Origin: Alphaproteobacteria bacterium
GTDB lineage: Bacteria; Pseudomonadota; Alphaproteobacteria; Rs-D84
Assembly: GCA_017618175.1 (NCBI GenBank)
Contig: JAFZUT010000018.1
Coordinates: 29,759-93,758, forward strand
DNA: 64,000 bases
Direction of reading: 5' to 3'
The translations under genes and the position numbers were made by a program. The notes under the pieces were generated by a model. The model was not told the origin of the DNA and ran no database searches. It saw only the letters and a list, made by a program, of their open reading frames with translations. Below, in pieces: positions 15,400-25,847 of the stretch; within the stretch, counting starts at the first letter, position 1, and the number at the start of each line of letters is the position of its first letter.

Positions 15400-18300
15400 A
15401 TGGCAGTCATCCAGAAACTTAGAAAATCTTTTGGTAAAAGTTTTTTGCAAACTCCGCTTCCTGATTTAATAGAAATTCAATACAACTCCTATCGGGACTT
15501 CTTGCAGGCCGATGTTGCACCCCAAAATCGCAAAAATATGGGGTTGCAAAGTGTATTCACTTCTATGTTCCCAATCAAGGATTATGCGGGGGCCGCCGAA
15601 TTGGAATTTGTGGAATATAATTTGGAAAAACCTGCGTACAATGTGAAAGAATGCCTTGCACGCAAAATGACATATTCCAGCAAATTAAAATTAAAACTAA
15701 GATTGATTTTATGGGATGTCGCCGAAGACGGTAAAAAGTCTTTGCGTGATATCAAAGAACAAGAAATCTTTATGGGCGAAGTGCCGTTGATGACCGAACG
15801 CGGCAGTTTTATCGCATCGGGCGTGGAACGTGTTATCGTTTCACAAATGCATCGCGCCCAAGGTGTGGTTTTCGCAACAACCAAAGAAGCCAAAGTCGCC
15901 GGAAATCCTATTACGTATACCGCGCGTATCATCCCGGAACACGGTTCTTGGATTGATTTTGAAGAATCCAAGGGGATCATTTATGTTCGTATTGATCGCC
16001 GCCGCAAAGTACCGGCAACTGTGCTGTTGCGCTGTCTGCCGTGTGCGGAAGACGAAAAGAAATGGATTGCCGAACCACGCAAGACCACAATTCGCGGAAT
16101 GACAGATACAGAAATATTGTCTGTATTTTATAAACGCATCCCGTTAAAGACAAACGGCAAAATGTGGGTCGGCCAAACATCTGTATTTGAAGGTTTGGAC
16201 AAATATCGTTTGAATTATGATTTAATCAATCCCAAAGACAAAAAAGAATTGGCATCCAAGGGTGACCGTTTGAACGCAAAACGTTTGAACAAGATTGTCA
16301 CCGCGTCCAAGGAATTCGGTATTTTACCGGATGCGTTGGTTGGCGAATACTTGTTTGACCCAATTATGTCGGGTAATGACGTTATTTATCCGGTTGGTAC
16401 CGAAATCACCGAAGAGGTTTTGGCGGATATCGAAAAATTGGGTATCAAAGAAATATCTTTGATTTCGATTGATAACACAACAATAACCGCACATATGCGG
16501 AATACCCTTGTTGCGGATAAAACAACAAATCGTGAAGATGCATTGATTGAAATCTATAACATCATCCGTCCGGGTGAACGTCCAACGCTTGAGGCCGCAA
16601 TTAACTTGTTCCTGCGTCAAGGTTTTGAATCTGCATATTATGATTTGTCGCCGGTTGGTCGTTTCAAAATGAACAAGCGTTTGAAAATCGATTCTGGAAA
16701 AAAACCGGAAGATGAACGTTTATTGACCAAAAATGATTTCTTGGCGGTGTTGAAAACTTTGACCAACATTATCGACCACAAAGATACGATTGATGATATT
16801 GATAATTTGTCAAATCGTCGTGTTCGCACCGTTGGCGAATTGTTGGAACAAAATTTCCGTACCGGTATGGTTCGTATTGAACGTTTGGTTCGTGAAAGTT
16901 TGTCTTCACCGAATATTGCAACAATGCAACCCCAAGATGTTGTCAATGTAAATCCGTTGATGTCTTTGGTTGCAGAATTCTTGGGAACAAGTCAGTTGTC
17001 CCAATTTATGGACGCGTACAATCCGTTGTCTGAATTGGAACACAAACGTCGTATTTCTGCATTGGGTCCCGGTGGATTGAACCGTGAACGTGCCGGCATC
17101 GATGTCCGCGACGTTCATCCAACACACTATGGTCGTTTATGCCCAATTAACACACCCGAAGGCGCAAACATTGGTTTGATTAACCACCTTGCATCCTATG
17201 CGCGTGTGAACCCATACGGATTTATCGAAACGCCGTACTATGTTGTCGAAAAAAGTAAAATCACCGACAAAATGGTTTATTTGACCGCGGATGAAGAATT
17301 GGGCCATAAAATTGCCCAAGGTAACACCCCGACAAATGACAAAGGTGTTTTGACCGAAGAATTGGTTACGGCACGTGTTGACGGTGAATTTACCCGTGTT
17401 CCGCGTGAAGAAATCGACCTTATTGACGTCGAACCGCGCCAGGTTGTGTCCATTTCAACGGGACTTATTCCGTTCGTTGAAAACGACGACGCAAACCGTG
17501 CTTTGATGGGTTCAAATATGCAACGCCAGGCCGTTCCATTGATGCGTGTTCAAACGCCATTGGTTGGAACCGGCATTGAACGCGAAGTTGCACGTGATTC
17601 ACGTACCGGCAAGGTTGCAAAACACAGCGGTATTGTTGAATCTGCGGACGCAAAACGTATTGTGGTCAAATGTATGAACAGCCGCAATGTCGTGACCGGT
17701 GTTGATATTTACAATTTGGAAAAATATGAACGTTCAAACAACGACACAATTTTGCACCAAAAACCGTTGGTCAAGGCCGGCGACCGTATTTCTGCGGGTG
17801 ATATTATCGCAGACGGTTCGTCAATGAACTATGGTGAATTGGCGTTGGGTCGCAACGTGTTGGTGGCGTTTGTGCCGTGGCGTGGTTATAACTATGAAGA
17901 TTCTATTGTTATTTCCGAACGCATTTCCCGTGACGATGTTTATACATCTGTAAAAATCGTTGAAAAGGAAATCAAGGTTCGTGATACACAGTTAGGACCG
18001 GAAAGTTTGACACGCGACATTCCAAACGTTAGTGAAGAAGCATTAAAGAATTTGGATGAATCCGGTATTATCTATATCGGTGCGCGCGTGAAACAGGGCG
18101 ACATTTTGGTTGGTCACGTTTCGCCAAAATCTGAAACATTGCTTACCCCCGAAGAAGCGCTGTTGCGTAACATCTTTGGTGAAAAAGCGTTGAATGTCAA
18201 AGATACATCGTTGCGCGTTGGGCCGAACGAAGAAGGTACAGTTATCGGTGTGAACATCTTGACACGTCACGGTGTTAAAAAAGACGAACGCACCCAGATG

Positions 18301-19536
18301 ATTGAATTGGAAAAGATTGAAAAAATCAATAAAGACCGTGATGAAGAAATCCTTATTATCGAAAAGGGTTTCGCAGACCAGGTTTTCCAAATCGCCGAAG
18401 GTTATACAATCGAATCTGGCACCGGCAGTTTGAAACCATTCATTGGTAAAAAATTGACGGGCGAAGTGTTCGAAGGTATTAAACCGGTCGATGTTAAAAA
18501 ATTGGTCGTTTCTAACAAAGAAGCCCAGGCCAAGATTGATGAATTGCGTGAACAACATATCATTAAACTGAAACAGTTGAATGAAAATGCCGATCGCGAA
18601 ATTGAAAAGGCAACCGAAAGTAATTCTTTGAATGCGGGTGTCTTGAAAGAAGTCAAGGTCTATATCGCCCACAAGATGAAATTGCAACCGGGTGATAAAA
18701 TGGCGGGTCGTCACGGAAACAAGGGTATCGTTTCCCGCGTTGTTCCAATCGAAGATATGCCACATATGGAAGATGGAACCCCGGTCGACATCGTGCTGAA
18801 TCCGTTGGGTGTGCCAAGTCGTATGAACTTTGGGCAAATTTTGGAAACGCACCTTGGTATGGCGGCACGCAGCTTGGGTGAACAAATCGGTGCGGTTTTG
18901 GATGAAGTCAAACAAAAACGCGCGGTGACCGATGATTTGCGCGCGATTATGGGCAAGATTTATGGTAAAGAAACCGCCGAAAAATTGGCCAAAATGACAG
19001 ATACCGAGGTTCGCGCACATGCGGCGTTGTTGCGTGATGGTGTTCCAATGGCAACTCCGACATTTGACGGTGCAACCCCCGAAGATGTCCGCCGTATGCT
19101 GAAATTGGCAAAGTTGCCGGAAACCGGTCAATTCACACTGTATGACGGTGTGACGGGTGAAAAATTTGCTCGCCCGGTGACGGTTGGTGTTATGTATATG
19201 TTGAAATTGCACCACTTTGTCGATGAAAAGATTCACGCACGTTCCACCGCAAGTTATTCGTTGGTGACCCAGCAACCTTTGTCAGGTAAGGCGCATATGG
19301 GTGGTCAACGTTTGGGTGAAATGGAAGTTTGGGCGTTAGAGGCACACGGTGCCGCACACCTGTTGCGTGAAATGTTAACGGTGAAATCCGATGATATTAC
19401 CGGCCGAAACAAGATGTATGAAGCCATCATTTCGGGCAGTGATGATATTCAAACCGGAACACCCGAGGCATTTAATGTGTTCGTTCGCGAACTGCGCGGA
19501 TTGGGGTTGGCGATGACGCCAAAGAAGATTGATTAG
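15400..19536 (+). CDS. rpoB: DNA-directed RNA polymerase subunit beta
   Basis: 1378-aa ORF with full-length RpoB conservation. Confidence 0.99.
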   Translation: MAVIQKLRKSFGKSFLQTPLPDLIEIQYNSYRDFLQADVAPQNRKNMGLQSVFTSMFPIKDYAGAAELEFVEYNLEKPAYNVKECLARKMTYSSKLKLKLRLILWDVAEDGKKSLRDIKEQEIFMGEVPLMTERGSFIASGVERVIVSQMHRAQGVVFATTKEAKVAGNPITYTARIIPEHGSWIDFEESKGIIYVRIDRRRKVPATVLLRCLPCAEDEKKWIAEPRKTTIRGMTDTEILSVFYKRIPLKTNGKMWVGQTSVFEGLDKYRLNYDLINPKDKKELASKGDRLNAKRLNKIVTASKEFGILPDALVGEYLFDPIMSGNDVIYPVGTEITEEVLADIEKLGIKEISLISIDNTTITAHMRNTLVADKTTNREDALIEIYNIIRPGERPTLEAAINLFLRQGFESAYYDLSPVGRFKMNKRLKIDSGKKPEDERLLTKNDFLAVLKTLTNIIDHKDTIDDIDNLSNRRVRTVGELLEQNFRTGMVRIERLVRESLSSPNIATMQPQDVVNVNPLMSLVAEFLGTSQLSQFMDAYNPLSELEHKRRISALGPGGLNRERAGIDVRDVHPTHYGRLCPINTPEGANIGLINHLASYARVNPYGFIETPYYVVEKSKITDKMVYLTADEELGHKIAQGNTPTNDKGVLTEELVTARVDGEFTRVPREEIDLIDVEPRQVVSISTGLIPFVENDDANRALMGSNMQRQAVPLMRVQTPLVGTGIEREVARDSRTGKVAKHSGIVESADAKRIVVKCMNSRNVVTGVDIYNLEKYERSNNDTILHQKPLVKAGDRISAGDIIADGSSMNYGELALGRNVLVAFVPWRGYNYEDSIVISERISRDDVYTSVKIVEKEIKVRDTQLGPESLTRDIPNVSEEALKNLDESGIIYIGARVKQGDILVGHVSPKSETLLTPEEALLRNIFGEKALNVKDTSLRVGPNEEGTVIGVNILTRHGVKKDERTQMIELEKIEKINKDRDEEILIIEKGFADQVFQIAEGYTIESGTGSLKPFIGKKLTGEVFEGIKPVDVKKLVVSNKEAQAKIDELREQHIIKLKQLNENADREIEKATESNSLNAGVLKEVKVYIAHKMKLQPGDKMAGRHGNKGIVSRVVPIEDMPHMEDGTPVDIVLNPLGVPSRMNFGQILETHLGMAARSLGEQIGAVLDEVKQKRAVTDDLRAIMGKIYGKETAEKLAKMTDTEVRAHAALLRDGVPMATPTFDGATPEDVRRMLKLAKLPETGQFTLYDGVTGEKFARPVTVGVMYMLKLHHFVDEKIHARSTASYSLVTQQPLSGKAHMGGQRLGEMEVWALEAHGAAHLLREMLTVKSDDITGRNKMYEAIISGSDDIQTGTPEAFNVFVRELRGLGLAMTPKKID

Positions 19537-19619
19537 TGGATAGTGTAAGTGGTTAGTGGTTGGTAATTTTTACCAACCACGGCCAACACTAACACTAAAC
19601 ACTAACACTAAACACTAAG
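19533..19619. repeat. TTAGTG(G)/CACTAA(A) short tandem repeats forming a long imperfect inverted repeat in the rpoB-rpoC spacer
   Basis: TTAGTGG ATAGTG TAAGTGG TTAGTGG TTGGTAA-TTTTT-ACCAACCAC..CACTAA CACTAAA CACTAA CACTAAA CACTAAG, running up to the rpoC RBS. Confidence 0.85.
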
Positions 19620-19635
19620 TAAGGAGCTTAGAAAA

Positions 19636-22600
19636 ATGGCAAATATGTTGCAAAAGATATTTGGACAAATTGAAACCAGGGAACAATTTGATGCGTTGCG
19701 TGTGACAATTGCGTCACCCGAAGAAATTCTTTCTTGGTCCCATGGCGAGGTGACAAAACCGGAAACCATAAACTATCATTCTTTGAAACCGGAAACCGAT
19801 GGGTTGTTCTGCCAGAAAATTTTTGGACCTGTCAAAGATTATGAATGCGCATGCGGAAAATATAAAAGAATCAAATTCCGCGGTGTTATCTGTGAACGTT
19901 GCGGGGTCGAGGTTGGTTCTTCTTCGGTTCGCCGTGAACGTATGGGACACATTAAATTGGCGATGCCGGTTGCGCACACATGGTTTTTGCGTGAAGGTAA
20001 AATCGCAACATTGTTAAATAACCTGTCGCAAAAGAAATTGGACCAAGTTGTATCTTATGATGCCTATATCGTTATTGAACCGGGTTTAACAAATTTGAAA
20101 CAATACGATGTCATCAGTGAAGATGAATATCGCGCCGCGGTCGAAGAATTTGGACCGGATGCATTCCGCGTGGGTATTGGTGCCGAAGGTGTTCGCAGCA
20201 TTATTGCAAACCTTGATATGGGCGATGAAAGAACACGTCTGCGTGCGGAATTGGCCGAAACAAAATCCGAAGCAAAACGCAAGGCGATTATCAAACAATT
20301 GAAATTGGTCGAAGCGTTCTTGGATTCTAAAACCGAACCGGCGTGGATGTTGCCGGATATTATCCCGGTTATTCCACCAGATATGCGCCCCCTTGTCACA
20401 CTGGATGCGGGACATGTTGCGGCGTCTGATTTGAACGATTTATATCGTCGCGTTATTATCCGTAACAATCGTTTGAAACGATTTATGGAAATGCATGCAC
20501 CGGAAATTATCATCCGCAATGAAAAGCGTATGTTACAAGAAGCGGTTGATTCCTTGTTCGATAATGAACACAAGGCACGTCCGATGGTTTCACAAAACCG
20601 CAGACCGCTTAAATCTTTGTCGGGGTCATTGCGTGGTAAATCCGGTCGTTTCCGTATGAATATGTTGGGTAAACGTGTGGATTATTCGGGCCGCAGTGTT
20701 ATTGTGTCTGGTCCGTCATTAAAAATGCACCAGGTCGGTTTGCCCAAGGCAATGGCGTTGGAATTGTTCAAACCGTTCGTGTTTGCGCGCCTTATGGCGG
20801 GTGATTATGCCAACACATTAAAGACCGCGCGTAAAATGGTTGAAAACGGCGAAGATATTGTTTGGGAAATCTTGGAAAAGGTTATTCATGAACATCCGGT
20901 CTTGTTGAACCGTGCGCCGTCTTTGCACCGTTTGTCATTGTTGGCGTTTGAACCGGTTTTGATTGAAGGCAAGGCCATTCGTCTGCACCCGTTGGTATGT
21001 AAGGGATTTAACGCCGACTTTGACGGTGACCAGATGGCTGTGCACGTGCCGATTTCATTAGAGGCACAATTAGAAGCACGCACATTGATGTTATCAACAA
21101 ATAACATTTTGTCGCCGGCAAATGGGGAACCTATGACGGTGCCTTCGCAAGACATGGTTTTGGGTATTTACTATATTTCTTTGATAAACGGTGAACATAC
21201 CGAAAAATCACCGCGTTTCAGTGGAATGGACGAAGTCGAATTGGCGTTGGAAAACAAAACAATCACTTTGCATACACCAATTGTCGCACGCATCAATGGC
21301 AAAAATTACAAAACAACCGCCGGTCGTATGATTATTGGTCAGTTATTGCCGAAATCGGAAAATATGCCGTTTGATTTGGTGAACAAGGTTATGGGTCAGC
21401 CGGAAATTAAAAAATTATTGTCCACCACTTACGAACGTTGTGGCGATAAAGCAATGATTATGTTGGCCGATGCTTTGAAGAATACCGGATTTGAACAGGC
21501 GGCACGCAGTGGTATTTCCATTGGGTTTGACGATGTTGTTATTCCAGAAGAAAAAGAAAAGATGATTGCCGATGCAGAAAAGTCCGCGGCGGATATCGAA
21601 GAACAATATCAAAACGGTTTGTTGTCATCGGGTGAACGTTACAACAAATTGATTGACATGTGGCAAAGAACCACAGACAACCTTGGAAAAATGGCATATG
21701 CCGCGTTGGGTCGGTCAACCGGGGATGATTGGAATTCTATTTATATGATGGCGGATTCCAAGGCACGTGGTTCGAAAAACCAGATTCAACAGTTGGCGGG
21801 TATGCGTGGTATGATGCAGAAGCCCGATGGTTCGATTATCGAAGTTCCAATTATTTCAAACTTTAAGGAAGGTTTGACAATGGCGGAATACTTTACATCA
21901 ACCCACGGTGCGCGTAAAGGTTTGTCTGATACCGCGTTGAAAACGGCCCAGGCGGGTTATTTGACACGTCGTTTGGTCGATTTGGCGTTGAACACCGTTA
22001 TTACCGAACACGATTGCGGAACAACCGAATATATTACCGCAAAACCGGTGTACCAAGGCAGCACACTGTCCGTGCCATTGGGCGATGTCGTTTTGGGTCG
22101 TACCGCGGCGCATGATATTATTCACCCAATTACCAAGGAAGTTATCGTGCCGGCCGGCGAATTGATTACCAAGGTTGCCGCACGTCAAATTAATGAATCT
22201 GGACTGCCAAGCGTTGATGTTCGCAGCGTTTTGACATGTTGCAGTGATGGGTTGTGCGCAAAATGCTATGGTATGGATTTGTCACGTCAGTCTTTGGTCC
22301 ATGTTGGCGAAGCGGTCGGTGTTGTTGCCGGTCAATCCATTGGTGAACCGGGTACTCAGTTGACGTTGCGTACTTTCCACATTGGTGGTATTGCGTCCGG
22401 CGGTGCCGAAAGTCATTATATTGAAGCCCCAGTTGCCGGTAAAATCAAATTATCCGGTATAAACACAATCAAAAATTCTGCGGGTCGTGTGGTCGTTTTG
22501 TCGCGTAATGGGAAAATTGCGGTTACATCACCCAAGGGCGAAGAATTGTTCAGTTGCGGTTTGCCATATGCGTCTATGTTGATTGTCAACGACGGCGATA

Positions 22601-23745
22601 CGGTTGAAAAGGGTGCCAAGGTTGCAGAATGGGATCCGTATTCCAACACGATTATCGCGGAAAAAGACGGTATTGTGAAGTTTAATGATTTGGTTGAAAA
22701 CGTTTCTTTCCAAGAAGAAGTCGATTCTACAACCGGTATCATTTCCCGCAAGGTTATCAATTGGAAAACAAACACCAAAAAGGCGATGCAACCGGCAATT
22801 CGTTTGGTAAATGAAAACGGCGATGTATTGTCGTTGGGTGGCAAAAAGGTTGCTGAATACCTGTTGCCAATACATTCTGTTTTGAATGTTGCAGACGGTG
22901 CAACCGTTGCGGCGGGCGATATTTTGGCGCGCATTCCGGTCCAGGCGAAACGTACGGGCGATATTACGGGTGGTTTGCCACGCGTAGAAGAATTGTTAGA
23001 GGTTCGCCGTCCTGCGAATCCTGCGTTGTTGGCGGAAATTGATGGAACGGTTGAATTGGAAGATGCAAAATCCAAAATCATCGTTCGCATTGAACCAGAC
23101 GATGGAACCGCACCGGTTGAATACGCGGTACCAAAGGGAACCAACCTTTTGGTGCGCAGCGGTGATGTTGTTAAAAAGGCCGATAAATTGGTCGATGGTG
23201 ATCCGGTTCCGCAAGATATCTTGCGCATATTGGGTCAAAAGGCATTGGCAACATTTATGGTCGAACAAATTCAACAGGTTTATCGCCTTCAGGGTGTGTC
23301 CATCAACGACAAGCATATTGAAATCTTGATTCGTGAAATGACACGTCGTGTTGAAATCACAGACCCGGGTGACACAGGATTCCTTATGGGACATGTTGTT
23401 GACCGTGTTGATTTCGAAGAAGAAAATGCACGCGTTGTTCATGACGGTGGTCGTCCGGCGGTTGCGTCCCAGGTTTTGGTTGGACTTACCCGCGCGTCAC
23501 TTACCACACGTTCGTTCATTTCCAACGCATCGTTCCAACAAACCACCAAGGTTTTGGTTGATGCGGCAATCAATGGTTCGACCGATAAATTGGTTGGTAT
23601 AAACGAAAACTTGATTGTTGGTCGTTTGATACCGATTGGAACCGGTGCATATGTCCGTCGCGTTCGTGAAATTGCGCGGGCCGAAGAAAAGGCAGAAAAA
23701 TTGGCACGCGAAGGTGGTGATCATCAACAATTGTTGGATTTGTAA
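19636..23745 (+). CDS. rpoC: DNA-directed RNA polymerase subunit beta'
   Basis: 1369-aa ORF with the NADFDGD catalytic motif and Zn-binding Cys cluster. RBS AAGGAG. Confidence 0.99.
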   Translation: MANMLQKIFGQIETREQFDALRVTIASPEEILSWSHGEVTKPETINYHSLKPETDGLFCQKIFGPVKDYECACGKYKRIKFRGVICERCGVEVGSSSVRRERMGHIKLAMPVAHTWFLREGKIATLLNNLSQKKLDQVVSYDAYIVIEPGLTNLKQYDVISEDEYRAAVEEFGPDAFRVGIGAEGVRSIIANLDMGDERTRLRAELAETKSEAKRKAIIKQLKLVEAFLDSKTEPAWMLPDIIPVIPPDMRPLVTLDAGHVAASDLNDLYRRVIIRNNRLKRFMEMHAPEIIIRNEKRMLQEAVDSLFDNEHKARPMVSQNRRPLKSLSGSLRGKSGRFRMNMLGKRVDYSGRSVIVSGPSLKMHQVGLPKAMALELFKPFVFARLMAGDYANTLKTARKMVENGEDIVWEILEKVIHEHPVLLNRAPSLHRLSLLAFEPVLIEGKAIRLHPLVCKGFNADFDGDQMAVHVPISLEAQLEARTLMLSTNNILSPANGEPMTVPSQDMVLGIYYISLINGEHTEKSPRFSGMDEVELALENKTITLHTPIVARINGKNYKTTAGRMIIGQLLPKSENMPFDLVNKVMGQPEIKKLLSTTYERCGDKAMIMLADALKNTGFEQAARSGISIGFDDVVIPEEKEKMIADAEKSAADIEEQYQNGLLSSGERYNKLIDMWQRTTDNLGKMAYAALGRSTGDDWNSIYMMADSKARGSKNQIQQLAGMRGMMQKPDGSIIEVPIISNFKEGLTMAEYFTSTHGARKGLSDTALKTAQAGYLTRRLVDLALNTVITEHDCGTTEYITAKPVYQGSTLSVPLGDVVLGRTAAHDIIHPITKEVIVPAGELITKVAARQINESGLPSVDVRSVLTCCSDGLCAKCYGMDLSRQSLVHVGEAVGVVAGQSIGEPGTQLTLRTFHIGGIASGGAESHYIEAPVAGKIKLSGINTIKNSAGRVVVLSRNGKIAVTSPKGEELFSCGLPYASMLIVNDGDTVEKGAKVAEWDPYSNTIIAEKDGIVKFNDLVENVSFQEEVDSTTGIISRKVINWKTNTKKAMQPAIRLVNENGDVLSLGGKKVAEYLLPIHSVLNVADGATVAAGDILARIPVQAKRTGDITGGLPRVEELLEVRRPANPALLAEIDGTVELEDAKSKIIVRIEPDDGTAPVEYAVPKGTNLLVRSGDVVKKADKLVDGDPVPQDILRILGQKALATFMVEQIQQVYRLQGVSINDKHIEILIREMTRRVEITDPGDTGFLMGHVVDRVDFEEENARVVHDGGRPAVASQVLVGLTRASLTTRSFISNASFQQTTKVLVDAAINGSTDKLVGINENLIVGRLIPIGTGAYVRRVREIARAEEKAEKLAREGGDHQQLLDL

Positions 23746-23781
23746 AATTAAATGCCGGTCGGGTAACACGACCGGCACATA

Positions 23782-24186
23782 ATGCCCATGAACGAAAAAC
23801 CTGCAATCTTTTGTGACATAGACGGTGTGGTCAGTAAAAAGTGGGCCATTGCCGATTATGACCGCTTTGGTGAACCAAACGACAATATGATACGAATTTT
23901 GGAAACATTGGGCCGTGATTTTACAATCGTGTTCATAACCGGTCGGTGGGCAATGGGCCAGGCGAAGGTTGATGCGTTCATAGATAATCTTTTGCCGAAC
24001 ATTAAAAAATTAGTGTTTTGCAAACCGCACGATTATCCGGGTACAACGGCGGAATATAAATTGGCGAAAATAAAAGATTTGGAATCGAACGGTTACAAAT
24101 TCTATATGGGTTTGGACGACCATAGCGCGGTAATTGGATTGATGCACAACCACGGTATGTTTGTCGCCAAGGTGATATCGGATTAA
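23782..24186 (+). CDS. Small HAD-superfamily phosphatase-like protein
   Basis: 134 aa with the DxDGV nucleophile motif (FCDIDGVV), FITGR and a late DD motif. Resembles PNK-phosphatase/NT5C-type HAD proteins. Confidence 0.55.
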   Translation: MPMNEKPAIFCDIDGVVSKKWAIADYDRFGEPNDNMIRILETLGRDFTIVFITGRWAMGQAKVDAFIDNLLPNIKKLVFCKPHDYPGTTAEYKLAKIKDLESNGYKFYMGLDDHSAVIGLMHNHGMFVAKVISD

Positions 24187-24252
24187 ACTTTTTCTTGCAA
24201 AAATTCGATATTATAATAAAATGAACGGAAGAAAATAAAAAAGGATAGCAAA

Positions 24253-24402
24253 ATGGCAGTTCCAAGAAGTAAAACAAGTAAAGCACGCAGCGCGCAACGT
24301 CGTTCACACGATGCGTTGGCAACAATGCCGTGCGGCGTATGCAAAACATGCGGTGAAAAGAAACGTCCGCATCATGTATGCCCTGCATGTGGTGCAAAAT
24401 AA
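24253..24402 (+). CDS. rpmF: 50S ribosomal protein L32
   Basis: 49-aa ORF below the track cutoff: MAVPRSKTSKARSAQRRSHDAL...CGEKKRPHHVCPACG. Canonical position upstream of plsX. Confidence 0.9.
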   Translation: MAVPRSKTSKARSAQRRSHDALATMPCGVCKTCGEKKRPHHVCPACGAK

Positions 24403-24420
24403 CAACTGAAACAATATGTC

Positions 24421-24456
24421 CGCAGATACGGCGCGGTCGCGCCTGTCTGCGTTTTT
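24421..24456 (+). terminator. Hairpin plus T5 between rpmF and plsX (attenuator/terminator)
   Basis: CGCAGATACGGCGC-GGTC-GCGCCTGTCTGCG followed by TTTTT. Confidence 0.55.
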
Positions 24457-24465
24457 AGTGCCAAA

Positions 24466-25524
24466 ATGGAAAACGATAAAAAAATTATTGCGATTGATGC
24501 GATGGGGGGCGACAAAGGCCCCGCCGCGGTTCTTGGTGGCATAAATCAGTTTTTATATCAACACAACGAATCCGGTGTGTATTTTCACATATTTGGCGAT
24601 GAAAAACGTTTGCGCAAAATGTTGGCGCGTTATCCGCGTGTCGCGCGTAATTCCACCGTTATAAATGCGCCGGGTGTGATTCGTATGACGGACAAGATTC
24701 GCGATGTTATTCGTCATGCCCAAGATACATCTATGTATATGGCAATCAAAGATGTTCGCGAAGGCAACGCGTCTGCGGTGGTCAGTGCGGGCAACACCGG
24801 CGTTTTAATGTCACTTGCAAAATTGGCGTTAAAGACGGTTGATGGAATTTCACGCCCGGCAATAACGACAATGTTGCCGTCGGGTGCGGGTGATTCCCGT
24901 GTGGTCGTGTTGGATTTGGGTGCAAATGTCAAATGTGATGCCGGCGATTTGTTTGACTTTGCGATTCTGGGTGGTGTTTATGCCGAGGTTATCGGGAAAA
25001 TGCCACGCCCGAAACTTGGTGTATTAAATATCGGCGAGGAGACCACCAAGGGCAACGAAACATTACAACAGATAAACAATTTACTGACCGCGCACCGCGA
25101 TGAATTGCCTTATGAATACCTTGGGTTTGTTGAACCCACAGATATCAGTGCCGGCCGGGTCCAGGTTGTCGTGACGGATGGTTTCACCGGAAACATTGTT
25201 TTGAAAACGGTCGAAGGAACCGCGAAACTTATCAAACGCGTAATCAGTGAAAATATGAAAAAATCGTGGCTGGCCATAATTGGTGCGTTTTTCTTGGTGC
25301 ACGTTTTCAAACGCCTTAAACATAAAATTGACCCGCGTTCATATGCCGGGGCGACATTTTTGGGATTAAAGGGTTTTGCGGTTAAAACGCATGGCAATTC
25401 GGATGCATTGGCATTTGCAAATGCAATTCAATACGCGGCGGATTTGGCCAAGAACGATTTGAACGATATAATCCGCACGCGTGCGGCGAACATGGCCCCC
25501 ATCCGCGCCGAATTACAAGAATAA
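24466..25524 (+). CDS. plsX: Phosphate acyltransferase PlsX
   Basis: 352 aa with full-length PlsX similarity (IAIDAMGGDKGP, SAGNTG, TDGFTGNIVLK). Confidence 0.95.
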   Translation: MENDKKIIAIDAMGGDKGPAAVLGGINQFLYQHNESGVYFHIFGDEKRLRKMLARYPRVARNSTVINAPGVIRMTDKIRDVIRHAQDTSMYMAIKDVREGNASAVVSAGNTGVLMSLAKLALKTVDGISRPAITTMLPSGAGDSRVVVLDLGANVKCDAGDLFDFAILGGVYAEVIGKMPRPKLGVLNIGEETTKGNETLQQINNLLTAHRDELPYEYLGFVEPTDISAGRVQVVVTDGFTGNIVLKTVEGTAKLIKRVISENMKKSWLAIIGAFFLVHVFKRLKHKIDPRSYAGATFLGLKGFAVKTHGNSDALAFANAIQYAADLAKNDLNDIIRTRAANMAPIRAELQE

Positions 25525-25558
25525 TTATTGTCGTATTTGGTATTTTTATAAAAAACGC

Positions 25559-25588
25559 TTGCATTAAAAATCATATTTTTGATAAAAT
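25559..25588 (+). promoter_or_regulatory. Candidate extended -10 promoter for the 170-aa secreted-protein gene
   Basis: TTGCAT, an 18-nt spacer, then TGATAAAAT (TGn + TAAAAT). Confidence 0.35.
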
Positions 25589-25594
25589 TACAGT

Positions 25595-25847
25595 TGAATC
25601 GAATGGGAATTCGTTTCGGGACCTTCAAAAGTCCATATTTCCCGGTGCCTGATGGACATCGTAATTCCGCGATAATTCCGTTTTTTGGCACCGAAAGAAT
25701 TATCCCCGACCGAGTGCGGTTCGGGGTGCCGGCGAAATATACAACAGGCATTGCCGAAATTCGTCGGGATCGTTGGAAATATGATTTTTGAACACCCCGA
25801 CCGTCATTTCCATTGACGGTTATTTATTTGAAACAAAGAGGGGAAAT
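25595..25847 (+). promoter_or_regulatory. Long (~250 nt) structured 5' leader
   Basis: Nested pairings: GGCACC...GGTGCC encloses CCCCGACC-GAGTGC-GGTTCGGGG. Also GAATCGAATGGGAATTCGTTTC, plus hairpin ACCGTCA-TTTCCAT-TGACGGT just before the RBS. Confidence 0.3.

Noticed and set aside
18043-19275. 410-aa ORF on the minus strand inside rpoB, plus other long antisense ORFs: 3357-4172 in yidC, 22416-23228 in rpoC, 36960-37625 in pepO and 43181-43693 in olsB
   Set aside because: Each lies fully antisense to a strongly conserved gene. They have odd amino-acid composition (Phe/Asn/His/Gln/Thr-rich or Cys/Arg-rich), no RBS and no recognisable motifs. They are typical shadow ORFs.
19533-19619. Possibility that the CACTAA arrays are CRISPR-like
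   Set aside because: The units are only 6-7 nt with no spacers, and there are no cas genes. They are microsatellite or short-tandem type repeats, not CRISPR.
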